The notes under the pieces: model-generated
The model's database searches: none
The model's input: the letters and a program-made list of their open reading frames with translations, nothing else
What the model was told of the DNA's origin: nothing
Position numbers and translations under genes: made by a program
NCBI GenBank assembly: GCA_040767805.1
Contig: JAXGNU010000001.1
Span: 160,001 to 224,000, forward strand
DNA length: 64,000 nucleotides
Direction of reading: 5' to 3'
Source of the DNA: Thermovirgaceae bacterium
GTDB lineage: Bacteria; Synergistota; Synergistia; Synergistales; Thermovirgaceae
In this document: one piece after another, positions 60,460 to 64,000 of the stretch
Numbering within the stretch: the first letter of the stretch is position 1
Layout: each line of letters begins with the position of its first letter

Positions 60460-61671
60460 CTAGAAGTTGGAGACGGTCTTGATCCTCCCCGGGTAGGCCT
60501 CGAGGCCGGCTTTGAGTATGTCCATGGCCCTGGTCAGGTCCTCCTTCTTGAGGACGTAGGCCAGGCGGACCTCATCCCTGCCCAGGTTGGGCGTGGCGTA
60601 GAAGCCCTCGGCCGGGGCCATCATGACGGTCTCGTTATCGACGTGGAAGTCCTTCAGCATCCAGATGACGAATTTCTCGGCGTTGTCTACGGGGAGCTTG
60701 GCCACCACGTAGAAGGCGCCCTTGGGCTCCTCGCAGATTACCCCGGGCATCTCCTTGATCTTGGAGTAGAGTATGTCCCGGCGGGACTGGTATTCCTTGT
60801 TGACCTCCTCCAGGTAGGACCGGGGCGTTTTGTAGAGGGCCACGGCCCCGACCTGCTCCAGGGTGGGCACGCAGAGCCGGCCCTGGGCCAGTTTCATGGC
60901 CTGGGCCATGAGTTCTTCGTTCTTGGAGATCATGCAGCCTATCCTGGCGCCGCAGGCGCTGTACCGCTTGGAGATGGAGTCGACGAGGATGACCCTGTCC
61001 TCTATCCTCTTCATGTTGCCGAAGCTGGTGTACTTCAGGCCGTCGTAGACGAACTCCCGGTAGACCTCGTCGGAGATGACGTAGAGGTCCTTCTCCAACG
61101 CTATGTCGGCGATCATCTCCATCTCTTCCTTCGTGTAGATGACGCCCGTGGGGTTGCCGGGGTTCGAGAAGAGGATCCCCCTCGTCTGATGAGTGATCTT
61201 CTTCAGGATATCGGCCTTGGGGGGGAGGTGGAAGCCTTCCCTGGCCTTGGTCGTGATGGGGACGAGTTTCACGTTGACGGAAGAGGCGAAAGCGTTGTAG
61301 TTAGCGTAGAATGGCTCGGGGACGAGCACCTCGTCGCCGGGGTCGCAGGTGGCCATGAAAGCGAAGGAGAGGGCTTCGCTGCCTCCGTTGGTGACGATGA
61401 GATGCTTCCTCTCGAGGTGGATGTCGTAACCCTTGTAATACCCTATCATGGCGTCTATCAACTCGTAGCTGCCATTGGAGGCCGAATAGGCGATGACGTC
61501 CTCGGCGAAATTCTTGATGGACTCCAGGAAACCCGGGGGTGTGACGATGTCGGGCTGCCCGATGTTGAGATGATACACCTTCCGTCCCTCCGCCTTGGCT
61601 GCCTCGGCGTAGGGCACCAGTTTGCGGATGGGCGAAGATTGCATCGACGTTACTCTCTTGGAAAATTTCAT
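60460..61671 (-). CDS. Class I PLP-dependent aminotransferase (aspartate aminotransferase-like)
   Basis: LNIGQPD, NPGNPTG, SDEVY, SISK.Y..CG.RIG. Confidence 0.9.
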   Translation of the reverse strand: MKFSKRVTSMQSSPIRKLVPYAEAAKAEGRKVYHLNIGQPDIVTPPGFLESIKNFAEDVIAYSASNGSYELIDAMIGYYKGYDIHLERKHLIVTNGGSEALSFAFMATCDPGDEVLVPEPFYANYNAFASSVNVKLVPITTKAREGFHLPPKADILKKITHQTRGILFSNPGNPTGVIYTKEEMEMIADIALEKDLYVISDEVYREFVYDGLKYTSFGNMKRIEDRVILVDSISKRYSACGARIGCMISKNEELMAQAMKLAQGRLCVPTLEQVGAVALYKTPRSYLEEVNKEYQSRRDILYSKIKEMPGVICEEPKGAFYVVAKLPVDNAEKFVIWMLKDFHVDNETVMMAPAEGFYATPNLGRDEVRLAYVLKKEDLTRAMDILKAGLEAYPGRIKTVSNF

Positions 61672-61809
61672 CTAAAAACTACCTCCCTGTGATAGTGATA
61701 TTTACTGTTACTTATTTTAGCACAATATTTCACATACATAATACACATTACCACCTCGCGGCCCGTAACGGCGGGGAACACCCGAAGGGACCCTTAAGGG
61801 AGGACTCCC

Positions 61810-62166
61810 ATGGCGATCATGAGCCTGAAACAGTTCAGGCGGTCCGTCCGCAAAGCCGTTGAGGCTGTTCCCGGGGAACTGCTGGAACGGCTCAACGGCG
61901 GTTTCATAGTGGAGTCCTCGGTCAAGGAAGAGGGCGGCTACCTCATCATGGGCGAGTATATTGAAGACCCGGGGCTGGGCAATATCATCATCCTCTACTA
62001 CGGGTCCTTCCGAGAGGCGATGGGGGGAGCTCCCCTCGAAGAGTGGGAGGAGGAGATCCTGGAGACGGTGACCCACGAATTGAGGCACCACGTAGAGTCC
62101 CTGGCGGGGGTGGACGATCTTTCCATCGAGGAGGAGCGCCTGCTTCAGGAGGACAACCGTCCGTAG
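61810..62166 (+). CDS. Minimal zincin-like metallopeptidase
   Basis: I.LYYGSF and HELRHH (HExxH); GGGAGG SD. Confidence 0.75.
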   Translation: MAIMSLKQFRRSVRKAVEAVPGELLERLNGGFIVESSVKEEGGYLIMGEYIEDPGLGNIIILYYGSFREAMGGAPLEEWEEEILETVTHELRHHVESLAGVDDLSIEEERLLQEDNRP

Positions 62167-62720
62167 CGGAAGCAGCGCCTCAGATGGTCGTTGACGAGCC
62201 CGACGGCCTGCAGGTGGGAATAGACGACGACGGGGCCCATGAAGGTGAAGCCCCTCCTTTTGAGTTCCCCGCTCACCCGCCGCGACAGGGGGGTCTCGGA
62301 AGGGACCTGCTCCGGGGCGTCCCAACCGCCCACGATGGGTTCCCCTTCAACGAAGCTCCATAACCACCTGGAAAAGGAGCCTTCCTTCTCCACCAGCCCC
62401 AGGAAGGCCCGGGCGTTCGTCACGGCGGCCCGGATCTTTTGCTCATTCCTTATGATGCCTTCATCCCGGAGAAGCCTTTCCAGGTCGCCCTCCCCGTAGG
62501 AGGCAACCCTGGCGGGGTCGAACCCGTGGAAGGCTCCCCGGAAACGCTCCCTTTTCTTCAAAACGGTCAGCCAACTCAGGCCCGCCTGGAAGGACTCGAG
62601 GACCAGGAATTCGAATTGGAGCCCGTCATCGTGGACGGGCACGCCCCACTCACTATCGTGGTAACCCTGGAGGAGCGGGTGCGACTCCGACCAGGGGCAA
62701 CGAACCAGGGGCGGGACCAT
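62145..62720 (-). CDS. tag: DNA-3-methyladenine glycosylase I
   Basis: RCPW, YHD.EWG, LE.FQAGLSW, IIRN..KI, G.VNDH...C. Confidence 0.92.
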   Translation of the reverse strand: MVPPLVRCPWSESHPLLQGYHDSEWGVPVHDDGLQFEFLVLESFQAGLSWLTVLKKRERFRGAFHGFDPARVASYGEGDLERLLRDEGIIRNEQKIRAAVTNARAFLGLVEKEGSFSRWLWSFVEGEPIVGGWDAPEQVPSETPLSRRVSGELKRRGFTFMGPVVVYSHLQAVGLVNDHLRRCFRYGRLSS

Positions 62721-62784
62721 CCCCGGGCCGAGCGCCTCATAGGCTCGCCGCGGCCCGGGCTTGTCGCTTGGATATCCGCCGGGG

Positions 62785-63981
62785 TCAGCGATAGCGCCGA
62801 GCCTCCTGCTTTTCCTTTTCGAAGTCCGCCCGGATCCTCCGGCGCAGGTCTTCATCGAGGAACACCGCCAGGGCCGTCCTGGCCATCAGCCTGGCTCCCG
62901 TCACCAGGGCCTGGTGGCCCCTTTCGGTGATGGTCGCCTCGGCGAATTCATGGGTATGAAGGGCCATCGGCTCGTCGACGATGCTCAACTTGGGCTGAAG
63001 TGCCGGGCAGCGGTAAGAGACGTTGCCCACGTCCGAAGATCCCTGGGGCCCCGGCGTGGGGACAAAGGGCACCCCTAACTCCGCCAGGACGCCCTCAACG
63101 AATTCCTCCGCAGCGTCGTTCTTGAGCATGTCGTCGAAGCTGTACTCGTAGTTTTTCCAGGTCACTTCCGTCTCCGTGGCCTGGGCCGCGCCGAGGGCGC
63201 AGTTGAATACCCTGGAGACGATGCCGTCGAGGATGGGCCTCTTCGGCGCCCGGAAGTAGAACCTCGCGGCGGCATGCTCCGGCACGATGTTCGGCGCGAG
63301 CCCCCCTTCGGGGATGATGCCGTGGACCCGGGCTTCGGGGATGATGTGCTGGCGGAGCATGTCCACGGCGTGGAAGAAGAGTTGCACCCCGTTAAGGGCG
63401 TTCCTCCCCGCCCAGGGTTCGCTCGCCGCGTGGGCGGGCTTGCCGGTGAAACGGAACTCGACGGCGTCCATGGCGAGGCTGCGGTAACCGGCGTAGGTGG
63501 AGACGTCGCTGCTGTGGACCATCATGGCCAGGTCGAGGGAATCGAACACGCCCTTTTCGGCCAGGACGACCTTGGAACCGTTGGTCTCCTCGGCGGGGGT
63601 CCCCACCAGGATCAGCGCGCCGCCGGTCTTTTCCATGACACCGGCGAGGCCCGCGGCGGCGAGGCCGGACATGGCCCCCGAAAGGTTGTGGCCGCAGCCG
63701 TGGCCGATGCCGGGCAGGGCGTCGTACTCGAACATGAAGCAGACTTTCGGGCCCGCGGGGTCTCCCTTCGTTGAAAAAAAGGAGGTGGCCAGCCCCATGA
63801 AAGGTGTCTGGACGTCGTAGCCGGCCTCTTCAAGGAAGGCCGCGTGCTTTTTACAGGCTTCGAACTCTTTTTCGGACAACTCCGGGTTCCTGGCGAGCCA
63901 GTCGCTTAGGTCGATCGCCCGCTTGGAGAAATGCTTGATCCCCGCCTCGACTTCCTTCCATAGCTCTTTCACATCGGCCAT
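62785..63981 (-). CDS. M20-family amidohydrolase
   Basis: PELS..E, EYDALP, HGCGHN, GTPAEE, AHAA..PW.G.NA, GSSD.GNVS. Confidence 0.9.
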   Translation of the reverse strand: MADVKELWKEVEAGIKHFSKRAIDLSDWLARNPELSEKEFEACKKHAAFLEEAGYDVQTPFMGLATSFFSTKGDPAGPKVCFMFEYDALPGIGHGCGHNLSGAMSGLAAAGLAGVMEKTGGALILVGTPAEETNGSKVVLAEKGVFDSLDLAMMVHSSDVSTYAGYRSLAMDAVEFRFTGKPAHAASEPWAGRNALNGVQLFFHAVDMLRQHIIPEARVHGIIPEGGLAPNIVPEHAAARFYFRAPKRPILDGIVSRVFNCALGAAQATETEVTWKNYEYSFDDMLKNDAAEEFVEGVLAELGVPFVPTPGPQGSSDVGNVSYRCPALQPKLSIVDEPMALHTHEFAEATITERGHQALVTGARLMARTALAVFLDEDLRRRIRADFEKEKQEARRYR

Positions 63982-64000
63982 TACGGGGCACCTCCTTATT

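Noticed and set aside
62145..62166. 22-nt 3' overlap of the convergent zincin and tag genes
   Set aside because: Short convergent overlaps are common and nothing suggests a function

Overview
GC-rich chromosomal core region of an anaerobic, probably diderm bacterium. A Synergistota affiliation is my inference from gene content, not a database result. Bases 1-40601 are almost all on the minus strand. Read from 40601 downward: type IV pilus genes (pilB-pilT-pilC-pilin, then pilM-N-O-P-like-Q), efp, asp23, nusB, xseA, an SAM by-product salvage trio (mtnA-ahcY-mtaD), alaS, yqgF, mutS-mutL, miaA, ispH, rpsA, def-fmt, a P-loop NTPase, a 4-subunit 2-oxoacid:ferredoxin oxidoreductase, nudF-xerD-punA-pdp, a SigH-like sigma factor, tRNA-Sec, an ADC-family enzyme and a BMP-type ABC transporter. 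The right part holds a DEDDh exonuclease-WYL fusion, tRNA-Arg and tRNA-Ser, a SurA-like chaperone, polA, gltX, an asparaginase, a complete 14-gene Mrp-linked Mbh [NiFe]-hydrogenase operon, an umuC plus degenerate umuD pair, an aminotransferase, tag and an M20 hydrolase. Two insertion sequences with frameshifted transposases are present. An IS1595-family element has a target duplication that contains the pilin stop codon. An ISNCY-like element sits directly upstream of the -35 box of the tRNA promoter. No CRISPR array, prophage or defence island was seen. Best novelty candidates: the exonuclease-WYL fusion divergent from the pilus operon, an apparently protease-dead pre-shortened UmuD'-like subunit downstream of umuC, an MbhN with a tethered extra ferredoxin domain, a mosaic pilin, and a probable deamination-first SAH/MTA salvage route. 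All assignments come from motif recognition by eye; no searches were run.
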